From NCBI GenBank assembly GCA_951406725.2, contig OX597814.1, forward strand, positions 160,270,001-160,334,000: a stretch of 64,000 nucleotides of DNA, read 5' to 3'. How positions within the stretch are numbered: position 1 is the first letter of the stretch; the number at the start of each line of letters is the position of its first letter. This stretch comes from Octopus vulgaris (Eukaryota). Under the pieces are notes generated by a model. That model worked only from the letters and a program-made list of their open reading frames with translations. It made no database searches and was not told the origin of the DNA. Positions 12,892 to 28,392 of the stretch are shown one piece after another. The position numbers were made by a program, and so were the translations under genes.

Positions 12892-13313
12892 TCTGTCCAG
12901 AGACGTGCAACCAAACGCATACCCTCCATCAGACACCTACCATATTCTGAGCGCCTTGTTTCCCTGGGCATGGATTCACTGAAGCTCCGGCGTTTGGCGA
13001 CGGACTTGGTAAACACCCACAAAGTTATCAACCACCTCACCAACAACAACACTGAACACCTTTTTGATCTCCATGTGTCTAACACACGTGGACATGCCTA
13101 CAAAGTCAGAAAACAACACAGCTCCCATGACTTTCGGAAACATTTTTTCACGCTCAGAGTTGCTGAAGCATGGAATAAACTGCCTGCGTCAGTTGTTGAC
13201 TGGCATGACACTGCATCCTTTTAAGGCCCTCATGCTTTCCGAAATCCGCCGAAACTACACCTGATTATATATACACTTTAGATGAGTTGTAGTGCACCTG
13301 AGCACTGTACACA

Positions 13314-13406
<93 letters not shown>
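12892..13406 (+). mobile_element. 5'-truncated CR1-clade LINE (second family) with (ATT)n tail
   Basis: SVQRRATKRIPSIRHLPYSERL..LKLRRLATDL..TRGHAYKV..RKHFFTLRVAEAWNKLPASVV. 3' UTR hairpin agtgc-acctga-gcact precedes (ATT)n. Confidence 0.92.
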
Positions 13407-13411
<5 letters not shown>

Positions 13412-13445
13412 ATGTATGTGTGAGTGTGTCTCTCTGTATGTCACG

Positions 13446-13493
<48 letters not shown>

Positions 13494-13698
13494 CAAATAT
13501 AACTGAAATAGTACAGAACTCAATACATCGATTCAGCATTTAAATAAAGTTATAAAAACGCATACACGCACACTCGCAAACATCACGCTCGCGTATACTA
13601 CTATAGAGATGCACACACAGAAATATATACATATCTATACGTATATATTTATTATTTTTTAACAAGAATAATAAATATATACGTGTGTGCTTTCATCC

Positions 13699-14626
<928 letters not shown>

Positions 14627-14890
14627 ATCTTGCGTACTATCACATCACTTCACGCGCGTCCAAGTAAGAAATCGATAATTTTGGCTCCAGTTCTGTGCTT
14701 AACACAAAACACTAACGGATGATTAATACTTTGGCGAAAACATGAATTTCTTCAAATTCTCATTAGCAGAATCTTTATCTAATACATATGTTTAGCTTAA
14801 AGAATTTCACCAACATTAAATTTACAATAACGATTTATTTCTCAGGAACACTATATCTTTTTCACACACACACACACGCACAAACACATG

Positions 14891-14911
14891 TCTATCTATC
14901 TACCTACCTAC

Positions 14912-14996
<85 letters not shown>
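14891..14996. repeat. (TATC)n microsatellite
   Basis: Direct reading. Confidence 0.97.
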
Positions 14997-15121
14997 AGTC
15001 TCTGTCTGCCTGTCTGTCTATCTATCTGACTGTTTGTCTGTCCAAGTGTCTAAGTATGTATTTCTTTATATCTCTCTCACGCTGCGTGCACGCCTCTCTC
15101 TCTTCCTCCCTCTCTTTATAT

Positions 15122-15163
<42 letters not shown>

Positions 15164-15486
15164 TGTGAGAATTTACACAAAAACAACAGACGTACGCTCA
15201 CCGTACATATATATATATATACATACATACATACATAAATTTCAATACGTTTGTAAATTCAAATGCATATATCTGTCAGATTGGTGGGGGGTCTACGTGT
15301 GCATGCGTCTGTACTGTGTGCGCATAGTGTTGGTGGGTAAGTAATATATATTATCTATATTATATATAGTCAACATTCTTTATATATTTTTTATTCATAG
15401 GCATATATGCTTATATATTTATAATATAGTATATTATGATGTAATAAAATAAAATATGATATACACACACACACACATATATATAC

Positions 15487-15519
<33 letters not shown>

Positions 15520-16685
15520 TGTATGTATGTATGTATGTATGTATGTATGTATGTATGCATGCATACATGTATGTATGTATGTATGTATGTATGTATATGT
15601 AAAAGCAGATGGTCAACTCAGAGTCGCATTCTTTGCTGTATTGTTCATAACTATATGAGTATATGTATATGTGTGTGTGTATGTGTGTGTCTTTATAAGT
15701 GAGTGCATATATACATGAGTCTGTGTCTTAGTGCGCTGGTGTGTATTTGTGTATGTATGTATGTATGTATGTATGTATATATGTATAATTGTATGTATGT
15801 ATAGATGTATAATTGTATGTATGTATGTATGTATGTATGTATGTATGTATGTACGTATGTATGTATGTATGTATGATTGTATGTATGTGTGCATATCATT
15901 CCGTTATTCATCCATTTCAAAATATTTTGATTTGACTTAAGACAAAATTTTCTTGTAGAAGAATCATGCAAGGTCGACCGAATCAACCTATTTCTGATAC
16001 TAATACTTAGATTATTGATCTCTGTTGCGAGGGAGAGGTGTAAAAATCGATATAGAAGCCGTCATCTATTTCTTTTTTAAATCAAGCATTTCCAACGTGA
16101 CCACTGCGTTCGCTGAGTTCCAAATTATTAGATTCTTTGTGGTCGTTTGCTATCAATTTTACGGCGCTATGAAGGGATTGCTATTAATCGTTACTCTTAT
16201 AAAAGGAAATGATATATGTAACCTTCCTTCTTTCATTTGCCAACGGCTGTAAGGGTTTGAGATGCAATGTCTTTCAATTATAATTTTAAAACCTACCGGG
16301 CTTCGCCTAGTCTTTACCTTGAGCTCTGTACTGCTCGCTGTTGCTGTTGTTGTTATTGTTGTTGTCGTTATTGTGGGGTTTTTTTTGTTCTTTAGGTATA
16401 ACTTGGTTCTGATCGACCAAACCTATAATTAGAGGCATCCAAAATTATGACCATCCAGTCATTTTATTGTTATTTTTAAATGAAATTTAACAACTGCTAT
16501 TTTGGAATCTGAGCAACCACGTTGAGGACCTGTCGTTGACACTGTCTAACAGTGTCACAACACCAACAATTTATAGAAGTGGGAAAGATGATGATGATGA
16601 TGAGGAGGAGGAGGAGGAGGATTGTTTTAGCACCAGTATATGACTGATATTTATTATACCAACGTAGAAAGAGGAAAGGTGGAGG

Positions 16686-16965
16686 ATCGCGGTCGGAGGA
16701 TCACGGTTTCGATTCCCAGACCGGGCGTTGTGTGTGTTTATTGAGCGAAAACACCTAAAAGCTCCACGAGACTCGGGCAGGAGGTGGTGGCGACCCCTGT
16801 TGTACTCTTTCGCCACAACTTTCTCTGACTCTCTCTCTCTTCCTGTTTCTTGAGTAACGTTGCGTTGGACTGGCGTCCCGTCCAGCTGGTGGGGGGGGGA
16901 AACATGCGCCACAGAAACCGGGAAACCGGGCCCATGAGCCTGACTAGGCTTGAAAAGGGCTACGT
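16686..16965 (+). mobile_element. tRNA-derived SINE family C variant, 5'-truncated
   Basis: ggtttcgattcccagaccgggcg (B-box); tggactggcgtcccgtccagctgg...gaaaccgggaaaccgggcccatgagcct..ctaggctt.aaaagggc shared with the copy at 44071. Confidence 0.85.
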
Positions 16966-17460
16966 TTAGAAAGAGGGAAAGTTATGTTGACTTAAATCCG
17001 GACCCTGAATGAGCTGGGAACGTAAAGAATCGGGCAATATCTGAATACCATAATGTATTTTATCTGGTGCTAAGGCGGTCTATGAAATATTTTTTTAGCG
17101 GGCGAGATCTACTAGGAACCATTAAGGTGCGTTTATATGGTTGATAAACATGTGAAAAATGGCAATCAAATCTACCTCAGTTCACACCCTTTTGTCTTGA
17201 CATTGCATAATGTAGTGCTAGATAGGCAAATAAACAAATGCCTAATGTTGTCCAACTGCTTAACAGCCACCTAAATCACTGAATCTCGCTTATCTACCAC
17301 CAAACCGAGTGTAAACTAATACTAGAGTCTATTTCGATGGCAAACTTTACACCTATTTCCAAAAGTCGTTCGCGTACAAAAAGGTAACTTGCAATAGAAA
17401 TTATTAATATAATTTTATTTCTCAAAAAAAAAAAAAAAAAAACCGTGTTCCCCATTTTCA

Positions 17461-17973
<513 letters not shown>

Positions 17974-18057
17974 AGAAGTGTGTATGTGTGTATGTATGAA
18001 TGGGTGGGCATGTATAGATATACTTACAAGCATACACACGCACACACAAACACAAAC

Positions 18058-18415
18058 AGATAGCTTCCTAATTACATGATTCCGGGTTCAGTCCCACCAT
18101 ATGCCACCTTGGCCAAGTGTCTGCTAGTATAGCCCCGGGTGGACCAAAGCCTTGTGAGTGGATTTGGTGGACGGAAACTGAAAAAAATCCTTTGTATACA
18201 CACACACACTATCTATCTGTGGATGGGTGTGTCTGTGTCTTTATGTCTATATTTGTCCCCAACCCACCGCTTGACAGCCGATGTTGGAGTGTTTGTGCCC
18301 CCCGTAACATAGCGGTAGGGCAATAGACACCGATAGAATGAGTACTAGGTTTACAAAGAATAAGTCCCGGGGTCGATTTACTCGAAACAAGTAAAAGAAT
18401 AACAGAGTAAAAGGA
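18058..18415 (+). mobile_element. SINE family A (5'-clipped, internal deletion near the 3' end)
   Basis: ttccgggttcagtcccac...gaccaaagccttgtgagtggatttgg...cgcttgacagccgatg...gtactaggtttacaaagaataagtcc. Confidence 0.9.
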
Positions 18416-18448
<33 letters not shown>

Positions 18449-18486
18449 CATACATACATACATACATACATACATACATACATACA

Positions 18487-18517
<31 letters not shown>

Positions 18518-18715
18518 GTATGTATGATTGACCAGTAGCGGTTATATATTTACAGGCATAACATGAAAGAACTTTATCATATACACTTGCGTCAGCAAAA
18601 ACAATGGTTTACGCATGCATACATACATACACATACATACATACATACATGCATATATACATACATACATACACGCAAAGAATCAAACACACAAACATAC
18701 ATATATGCATATATT

Positions 18716-18772
<57 letters not shown>

Positions 18773-18938
18773 GCACATGTATGTATAATTTTCTATTTTC
18801 GTTATAGAATTTCTCACCAACAGACACAGAGTTTGTTTCCAACATTAAACAAGACTTTCTCGTTGGGGATTAGGAAACACTAAATTAATACTGATTACAT
18901 GTGTAAATCTGTGTTCTGAATACATACACTTAATTGTC

Positions 18939-19042
<104 letters not shown>

Positions 19043-19924
19043 GGTGTATTGTTAACTAAACTTTCGCAATGTTTTACGTATTTTCACGGTTCTTTGAATG
19101 GATTGTAATTGTAATTTCCACATGTGTATCGTACGTATGAGCGTGTATGTATGCGTTATTATGTATATATGTATTACATAAATGTGTTGTCTCTTTTCTT
19201 TTTGTATTTTTCATTGCCTTTACAATATGTATGCATGCATGTAGAAAGTATGTATGTATGTGTGTGTGCGTGTATGAGTGCGTGTGTATGTATGTGTGTG
19301 TGTGTAAATAAATGTGTAAGCATATGTATGCTTATATGGACGTAAATATGTTAGTAAGCATATGTATGGATGTATGGATATATGTATGTATATATGGATT
19401 GATGGATAGATGGATGGATGGATGGATGGATGGATGGATAGATTGAATTCTATTGAAATAAAATCGTGGATATTCATTTCTTCCCTTTCCGTAGTTTTCA
19501 ATCTACTTTTCTTTTCTTTTGCTCATAAAATGTCGTAATGTGTGTAAAAACTTTGTCTAATTTGGTGTATTGAAATGATTCTCTGTGGAGAAGGAATCGA
19601 AGAATGATCGCCAACGACAGAGCAGTGCATAGCAGAACTATATCACACTATGTTACATCTCATTTGTTCATCGGAATGTATTAGAGAAATAAAGGGAGGG
19701 AGAGAGAGAGAAAGAGAAAGGGTGAGTGAAAGGGAGAGAGAAAGAGAGAGACAAAGTGAGAGAAAGTGAGAGAGGTATAGTTTATTTATGAGGGGAAACC
19801 TAATTGCTGCGAAGCTAGTAACAGATACCACAGTATCCCAGATAACACCTGTGTCCATCGCTCTACTAAATAGATGCTCATTAGTTAGAATGGATGAATG
19901 AGTGAGAGTGACAGAGAGAGTAAC

Positions 19925-19994
<70 letters not shown>

Positions 19995-21424
19995 TTTGCT
20001 GCGTATAAGCGACGCAGATCGACAAGCGGTCTTGGCGTCATGAAATTTCCATTCCAAGATTGTCCAAGTGTGGGGAGAGAGACGAAAATCGCCATCTCAA
20101 TCAACTCAATCGAATCTAATTTTTCTTTTTTTTTTTTTTTTTGCTATTCTCACCAATCACATTTAATATGCCTACAACAACGACCAGCCTACTAGAATGC
20201 AACGAAATATCGATCCAGCAACGTGATGGACTCACCAATGTACATCCACAATAACACGTTTACTACCTGCTATAGATAGTTTTGTGTTAATTCTTACATG
20301 CTTTACTGTATCACTCAGTCATTCAGTACGGAATGACTGCCACCAGACTGCAGGAGTAACATTCGTTGTTCCCTCTGAAATCTACTACTGCTCTATGAAT
20401 GCACCGACGCCAATGACAAAATACACTAACTATAACCTTTTCCAATGTGATATTAAACGTCTGTCGTCTGGCTGTCACCAGGTAGGTAGTTTCCCTTATT
20501 AGCTAACATCTCTAGTTTTACTTTCTACTTCCACATCCACTTCAGCAGCACTCCCCCTCTCCCTTTTATATTGTTATCTCTTAGTGTTCCACATTCTTTC
20601 AAAGATATCACTTTATCACTTCATTGTATTTTAATTCTGTTATTTATCTCCCAACTTTTCATGTTTTTTTCCCTATCAAATTCTATCTCCTTTTCCTGTG
20701 TCTCTGCTTATTTCTAGTTCTCCTTCAATTTCTCTCTCTATCTCTCTGTTCCCCTCTCTCTCTCACACACACATTTATATATATCTGTATATATATATAG
20801 TTATATTTATGTGTGTATATTACTCATATATACATATGCACATTTACATACACACACACACATATATACCTGTGTGTGTATGTATATGTGTATATACTTA
20901 CACACACATACACATGAAACAGTTCTGACATTCTCTGCTCTATCTTTACTTCACCTTCACCCTCTTTCATTTATTGTATCTCTTCCCGCCTCGTCACTGT
21001 TTACTTCGTCTCTCTCAAATAACAGTTCCGGTTGGTTTCGTAAATAAAACTACCTTCAGATATCACCAAACCATTCAAAACACCAAATATTCTTTACTGG
21101 AATTTTATTCCTACCTTTGACAGTAGGCACTACTAAAATTAGTCTTTCGGTAGTAATTATACTAATTAAAATTGCTTTATGTAATTTTAGTTCACTTTTC
21201 TTTAAAATTCATTTTATAAAAAAAAAAAAATACCTCTTCCACAATTCCACAATATTAATGAATCGTATTGTTTAGTCACAGATTAGACTCCAAAAAAAAA
21301 AAAAAAAAAACAGATGAGAAGCGTTCCGACCATAATCCTCCCACTTTTTTTTTTTATCGTAATTTTAATTTCAATCCGAGTTTAATTTCTCTCCTCAGTA
21401 TTTTCTGTTATTTAAGAGAGTAAG

Positions 21425-21585
21425 ACTTCCGGCTCTTTATGTTCTGAATTAAAATTCCGCCGAGGGCAGCTTTGCCTATAATACTTTCGGAGTCGATAAA
21501 ATAAAGTACCAGTCTAGAACTGGGAGTCAATGTAATCGACTCAATCCCTCCTTTCATAAATTTCAGGGCTTGTGCCTGAATGAGA
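21425..21585 (+). mobile_element. SINE family B, 5'-truncated
   Basis: gttctgaattaaaattccgccgagg...gtcgataaaataaagtaccag...tgtaatcgact...cttgtgcc. Confidence 0.8.
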
Positions 21586-21874
21586 AACCTTTTGAAACAG
21601 CAGAACGAGATTTGAGGGTTATATATAACTGCGCTACTTTGCGGGTCGTGCGACAACGTTGAAGCTCCTGTTTTTGGTTCGCAATAATAACAGTTTCTTG
21701 CTTCTGTTGAATGGGTAATGATTAATCGGATGGATTCGGACCCGAAACATTATTATAAGTAATAGCAGCATCGACACTGAAAGGGGTTAAAGTCAACATC
21801 TATCCTCCGGAAGTAAGAAACTTAATGCTGTACTGCATTTAGTTGGTCACTCTATCGTTTCTGCTACCTAAACA

Positions 21875-22097
21875 CCCTTTAGCATTCAGATTTCTCTATC
21901 AAATGCAATGCTTATTTATTTACATTGTTTTGAATTAATCATGCATTATCTTCCAGAGTTCTGAGACTTTGATAATGCGACTGTTTATTGTTTGGAAAGA
22001 CATAGTGGGGTAGGTTTGAGAGGTCAGATCAGGCCAGTTTGAATATAATACTGGTAGAATATTTGGGCCGGATATGGCCGGTTTAAATGCTGAAGAG
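21875..22097. mobile_element. piggyBac-like MITE
   Basis: Ends ccctttagcattcag / ttaaatgctgaagag, with TTAA directly after the right end (left TTAA degenerate). Confidence 0.65.
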
Positions 22098-22145
22098 TTA
22101 AGTCACATTCAGAGTATTAGTGTGTTAACGAGTCAATGTGCGAGC

Positions 22146-22355
22146 CTCAAGCTTCTGCGTGGCCTCTTAATCTGCTAGACATAACAGTCAAATCTCTCTC
22201 TTGAACTATATCCTACTTTCCTAAAACAGAAAAACAAAGAATAAGGTGTTAACTTTTGCCTGGGAGAATAAGTGAGATTATTACAGTTCGACCACCTTTG
22301 ATCATAGGTGTTCTTAGTTAGGATTTCCTCGAGCAAAACAAGAACAATAACAACA
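22146..22355 (+). mobile_element. Old SINE-like family D with (CAA)n tail
   Basis: ctgctagac(a)taacagtcaaatctc...cctttgatcataggt...aaaacaagaacaataacaac. Related decayed copies near 16385-16530(-), 23215-23300, 27200-27345, 29605-29770(-), 35435-35620, 59405-59580(-), 60650-61230(-). Confidence 0.6.
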
Positions 22356-22510
22356 GTTTTTGGAGCTTTGGTGTGTCACAGAGTTGAAACAGTTAACTGA
22401 TCTCATCATTGATCAAAGTTTTTCGTGCATTAGCCAACTTTACTATTCAATTTTTGTGCAGCAGTCTGCCCTGTGAACTTTCTCTAACTCATTCTGTAAT
22501 ATATATATAT

Positions 22511-22699
22511 AACTGCTCGAAACTGTAAGGACATCTGGTAACTTGACTGACGAGAGAAGGCCACGAATGACCCGTCTTTTTTTTCCTGTCCCTCTAATTG
22601 TTGTTTTTCCTGTCCCTCTAATTGTTGTTTTTCCTGTCCACCTTTGTATCGTCTATCTGTCCGGATGTTTTATTTTTCTCTATTTCGTTTTTGTTCCAT

Positions 22700-22703
<4 letters not shown>
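22511..22703 (+). mobile_element. Terminal (pseudo-LTR-like) fragment of a probable Penelope-like element within (TA)n
   Basis: cgaaactgtaaggacatctggtaacttgactgacgagagaaggccacgaatgacccgtc...ttgtatcgtct is homologous to the reverse strand of 61912-62040. Contains GAAAC and CTGACGA hammerhead-core words. Flanked by (TA)n. Confidence 0.55.
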
Positions 22704-22779
<76 letters not shown>

Positions 22780-22899
22780 CCTATATATATATATATATAT
22801 ATATATAACCAGTTTTATATGAATGTATGTATATGTGTGTATGTATATGTATGTATGCGTATGTGTGTGTATACACACACACGCACACAATATATATGT

Positions 22900-22949
<50 letters not shown>

Positions 22950-22988
22950 AGTATATATATATATATATATATAAGTAAATATAAACAG

Positions 22989-23024
<36 letters not shown>

Positions 23025-23323
23025 CTGATAATATTTACTACAAATTTCTGGTCCTGTGCCAATATTAGAACTCAATGTTTACCTAATACAACAGAGAGAA
23101 AAGAACACGAGATTGGATTAATGATGGTGATTAGACTACTATTTCTAGCAAGTAAGTAACCACGTACAGGCTCCTTCTCAGCAGGAAGCGGTTCAGGAAA
23201 GACTACACTTTAAACAAAAGACAGGATGATTGCGGGTGGAATGTCTTTGACCATAGGTCGACTGAACCAGGATTGACTTCAAGCTAAACATTAACAACAC
23301 CACCAGCACCCGCAGCAACAGCA

Positions 23324-23490
<167 letters not shown>

Positions 23491-24284
23491 ATTATTACTC
23501 CCTTGGTTTAATGTCCCATGTTCAAATACTTTCAGATCCAGTTATGTCCTTCATCATCCAGGGATGAAAACATAGTGCACCAGTAATATACTAGGTTTCA
23601 ATTTAATAGATTTATATGCATCTTTTTAAAAGATTGCTATATACTGAGTCAATGATTCATACATGCTTACATCCATGAAAATGAACATACATACGTACAC
23701 ACATATATACATACATATGTACATGCATATATATATATGTATGCATGTATGGATGTATGTATGTATGTATGTATGTATGTATGTATGTATGTATGTATGT
23801 ATGTATATGTATGTATACGTATATGTGTGTGAATATATATATATATAGAGAGAGAGAGACAGAGAAAGCGATACATACATACGTACACACATAGTTACAT
23901 TCACACGTATATACATATATATATACACACACAAGCATACATTCGTATATACACGCAAATACATGTATACATTTATACATCCATCCATCCATCCATTCAT
24001 GCATACATACATACATACATACATACATACATACATACATACATACATACATACATACATACATACATACAAATAAGAGTTAACAAATTTGGCTTTAACA
24101 GTGTGAAAATATAAATACTGTTATTGTTGTTTTTGCCAAGATCAAACACGACAATCCAGACTTTCTAGGTGTATCTAGGAGTACATTATTTAATGTTATC
24201 CTTTTCTTTTCTAAAATTATATATTGGATCTTAAGAAATATTTGGCTGCTATTTGTAAGTTTAACCATGAATATCAGTGATGTG

Positions 24285-24745
24285 TCGTAATTTTGAACGT
24301 GAATATAATAAGTGATAAAATAAAAGTGCATAACACGTAAAATAATGTGTTAAAACATAAATTTTAAACGTAAATATGAATTTATAATACGCAAGTACAG
24401 ATGATAAATTGAAAATTTATGTGTGTAAATATAAACATAAATGTAAATTTATAAATAAATATATATGAAAGAAGTAAATTTAATGTAAATATGCGTGAGA
24501 ATACGTACATTTAAACGTAAGTGTCGGTAAAAGACGTAAATTTAAGCGTAAAGACTGGTGATAGACGTAAATTTAAATGTAAATTTGAGCGATATTGCGT
24601 AATTTTAAGTATATTAAATATCTTTAAATAAATGTATCTTTATACGTAAATTTAAACATAAAGATGGGCAGTAGAGGTAAATTTAGAAGTGAATGTTGAA
24701 TCTAAATCTAAGCGTTAACGTGTAATTAAATGTAAAATTTATTAT
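24285..24745. repeat. Degenerate ~31-bp minisatellite, core CGTAAATTTAAACGTAAA
   Basis: Consecutive units cgtacatttaaacgtaagtgtcggtaaaaga / cgtaaatttaagcgtaaagactggtgataga / cgtaaatttaaatgtaaatttgagcgatattg. Confidence 0.7.
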
Positions 24746-25393
24746 AGAAAATTTCAAACAATGAAATTTATTCGTTATGCAGAAATAGTTTTTGATAGAA
24801 ACGACAGTGATTGAGATAAGCAAAGAGTTATATTTAATTCCGATTAGCTCAGTTCTGTCAATAAAATTTAGCTAATTCTGTGGTTAAATCCCTATAACGC
24901 TCATTTGCTTTTAAACCTTCCGGTATTGATAAAATAAATACCACACAGTTTTGTTTTGGGTGGGGGGAAACTGACCGAGCAGATTTATGGTTTTTGACAT
25001 TCCGACCGCGAACTCTCTATCACTACATTTTTTTTTCAAACATAATTTTCTTATAGGTTGGACTGTTATTATTAATTGTGTCTTTCTCATTTGAAAATAC
25101 GATAGGGTGTGATAAGGTGGAGATTTGGCTGCTATTTCTAGCATGTTGGAGCAATAGAAACTGAGGAATATATTTGAAGGGAAAAGTAAACATACCATTA
25201 TTACTTAAATATTACGACATATTAAGAAATGAACCAGGCAGTGGATCATTTCCTTTCGGGCCGCACAGGAAGAATAAATTCTTAAATTTAAATTTTATTT
25301 TTGTTGAGTATCGCAACTTTTAGGATTTGCAATATATATGTATTATACATTTAATAATTAAATTATATGATATGCACAATATTGTGTGTCGTG

Positions 25394-25452
<59 letters not shown>

Positions 25453-25455
<3 letters not shown>

Positions 25456-25750
25456 GTTCCGGGTTCAGTTCCACTCCGTGACACCTTGGGCAAGTATTTT
25501 CTACTTATAATCTCGGTCCGAATAAAACCTTGTGAATGAATTTGGCAGACGGAAACCGCCGTATATGTATATGTGTGTGTGTGTGTTTATGTGTGTGACC
25601 TCGCCATCGATTGACAACCGATGCTGGTGCGTTTATGTTCCTGTAACTTACCGGTTCGACAAAAGAAACTGATAAAATAAGTACTAGGTTTACAAAGAAT
25701 AAGTCCTTTTCTTCGACTAAAACTCGTTAAGGCAGTACTCCAGTATGAAA
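25453..25750 (+). mobile_element. SINE family A, truncated
   Basis: atggttccgggttcagttccactccgtgacaccttgggcaag...ttgacaaccgatgctgg...gtactaggtttacaaagaataagtcc. Confidence 0.88.
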
Positions 25751-25751
25751 A

Positions 25752-25782
<31 letters not shown>

Positions 25783-26104
25783 CACACACACATTGAATGG
25801 CTATGGAGGACCAATAGAATCAAAGGTGTCAATAGGCTAAACAAATGGTTGAGAACCTCCGGCCTATATGAAGGACTGGTCTGGTTGCTGCATGCAATAG
25901 ACATAATCTAACACCGAGAGACCACCACCAAATAGTATCCATACCAACGGTTCCAAATCTTATACCAACGTTGGATTTTCTCACTGATCCCAGACGTTTT
26001 GAAAAGTGGAAGGCAACAAACAGGCGAATAAATGAAATGTTCTCTGTGGGTCCCGAACCCTTAAAATTTTTTTTTTTTTCAAATTCAATGTATACATACG
26101 TAGA

Positions 26105-26313
26105 TATGATTGTGTGGTTTAGGCGTTCATTTTTGCAACCGCTTGTTTCTGAATTCACTCCTACTGCACGGCACCTAGGGCCAGTGTCTTCTACTAAAAT
26201 TCAATGTGAGTGAATTTGGTAGACAGAAACTATTTGAAAGTTCATCGTGCGTGTGTGTATGTGTGTGTGTATGTGTGTGTGTATGTGTGTGTGTGTGTGT
26301 ATGTGTGTGTGTA

Positions 26314-26369
<56 letters not shown>

Positions 26370-26850
26370 TATGTGTGTATGTCTTTGAGTTTGTGTTTGC
26401 TCCCCACAGTACTTGACAACCGGTGTTGGTTTTATATATCCCATAAGATAGCGTTTCGGCAGAAGAAACCGATAGAGTGAGTTATCAGACCTTAAAAAAA
26501 GTATTAGCCACAATTTGTTCAACAAAACTAGTGGTTCTCAACCATTTATTCTACGTTTGGACCCCCATGATCCCTATTTTACACAGGTGAATCTCATAGC
26601 CGTTTGATGCTTTAAAAATTCCATTATATTTTATTTAGTAAATGTTATTAGGAAGTGTATAAAAAAAATGTTTAATGTTTTAAGTATTGTAGAATTATAA
26701 CCGATTTGTTGCTCATAAAATTTAGCAACAAAATTTTCTATGAAACTCGAAGGGTCACATGGACCCCAACTGAGAATCACTGAACTAAACTCCTCGAGGA
26801 GGTTCCCCAACATTGCCGCAGTCCACTGACTAAACAATGAAAGATAAACA
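26105..26850 (+). mobile_element. Diverged SINE family A interrupted by a hAT MITE
   Basis: Head gtgtggttt...gcacctagggccagtgtcttctacta; tail cttgacaaccggtgttgg...; resumes at 26783 with ...ccaacattgccgcagtccactgact. Confidence 0.8.
26529..26782. mobile_element. hAT/Charlie-type MITE
   Basis: Ends tagtggttctcaac / actgagaatcactg. 8-bp flanks aacaaaac / aactaaac (7/8). Confidence 0.8.
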
Positions 26851-27555
26851 TTGCCAGAGATGGAAATGGGGAGATGTGTATGCGGGGGGTATATTTATGC
26901 GTAAGAAGTTTTATAATATAGCTGTAGACCATGGACAAATGTGGAAACATCAAAAATGGTTTTTCACAAAAAGAAAATTTCTAAAACCTGATTCAGCTAA
27001 CAATAAACTTGCTTTCCCAATTTCCTTTTTCAATTGAAAACTATATTTAACTAATTAAATGTGAGTTTCTACTGCAGCCTTTTAAAACATTTGAACACAG
27101 CTCACTTAATGTCAGGATTCCCAGGGTTTCAGTGAATCTCAGGTTGGGAATCACTGAGTTATGCACTCGTTTAAATTGTTAAACACAGCATCCATATATT
27201 CTACAATTCTAACTCTGTCGTCTGAAATGAAGGCAATACACATTGGATAGTGAATACAAGAAGGTAGAAATGGACGTAATTGGAACGTCTTTGATCATAG
27301 GTATGATTAGTAAAACTGATATAGGGTTAAAAAAAAAACAATAACAAGTCGGACTTCATATACAACAGATCTATACAACAGTTAGCTTATTAAAACAGAC
27401 TAACCAGATATACGGTGGTTTGATAGAATCCCTAGAATGTCGAACAAAATCCCATTTGATAATTTTTGCGGCCCTTTATGTCCTGAGATCATATCCCACC
27501 GAAGACAATATTTACTTTTCATCTTTTTGTGGTTGATATAAAATACCAAATAACA

Positions 27556-27770
27556 GGCGGCAAGCTGTCAGAATCGTTAGCATACTGGGCAAAATGCTTC
27601 GTGGCATTTCATCCATGTTTATGTACTGAGTTCAAATTCCGCCGTGGTCGATTTTTGCCTTTTAACCTTTCGGTGCGGATAAAATATGTACCAGTTGAAC
27701 ACCGGAGTCGATGTAATCGACTTACCTCATTCCCCGAAATCCCTGGCCCCGTGCCAAAATTTGAAACCGA
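27556..27770 (+). mobile_element. SINE family B, full length
   Basis: ggcggcaagctgtcagaatcgttagca...gagttcaaattccgccg...gataaaatatgtaccag...gtgccaaaatttgaaacc. Confidence 0.88.
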
Positions 27771-28392
27771 TGTAATGTACCATATAGTTACTGAGGTCGA
27801 TGTAACCAACAGCCCATCCCCTCTCCTAATATTTGAGGCCTTATGCTTATATAAGAAATTATTATGAGTAAATATAATACCAATAATATATATTTGTGAT
27901 TGGTTGAGGAGAACAAAAAGTCAAAGGGCACTCAACTAATTACAACGTTATCCTGTGGATCTTTCCTCGAAGTATGATTTGAAAGAGATTTGACTGTTAT
28001 TTCTAGCAAGTCATGCGACCACGCAATGAGTCCCTTATTGGCTTATAAATGTTCATTATTCATGCAGTGTAAGTTACTAAATTAAAAAGAGAAATTAAAC
28101 TATTTTGCTGCAAACGTCCCACTACATTCCCCTTTCACGAATATATGTATGTAGTTTGTTATCATCGTTTAACCCACAAGGTAGCCCTACAATTTTTACT
28201 TTCCACCAGCAATGTAACAGAAATTATAACTTCATGCATTTACACAAGATCACGTATTAAGGACCCGTGAGGAGGAGTATATAACCGTTTCTATCGATCT
28301 CACAGAGAGATTACTAACACTTTTTGCATCGACCCTTTCCAGATGAAAGAGAAAGTCAAACCTGATAGTTCTCAAAGTCAGAACACGAAGTG

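Noticed and set aside
24285-24745. CRISPR-like repeat-spacer appearance
   Set aside because: Repeats are degenerate, linkers are only ~13 bp, there are no cas genes, and the context is eukaryotic.
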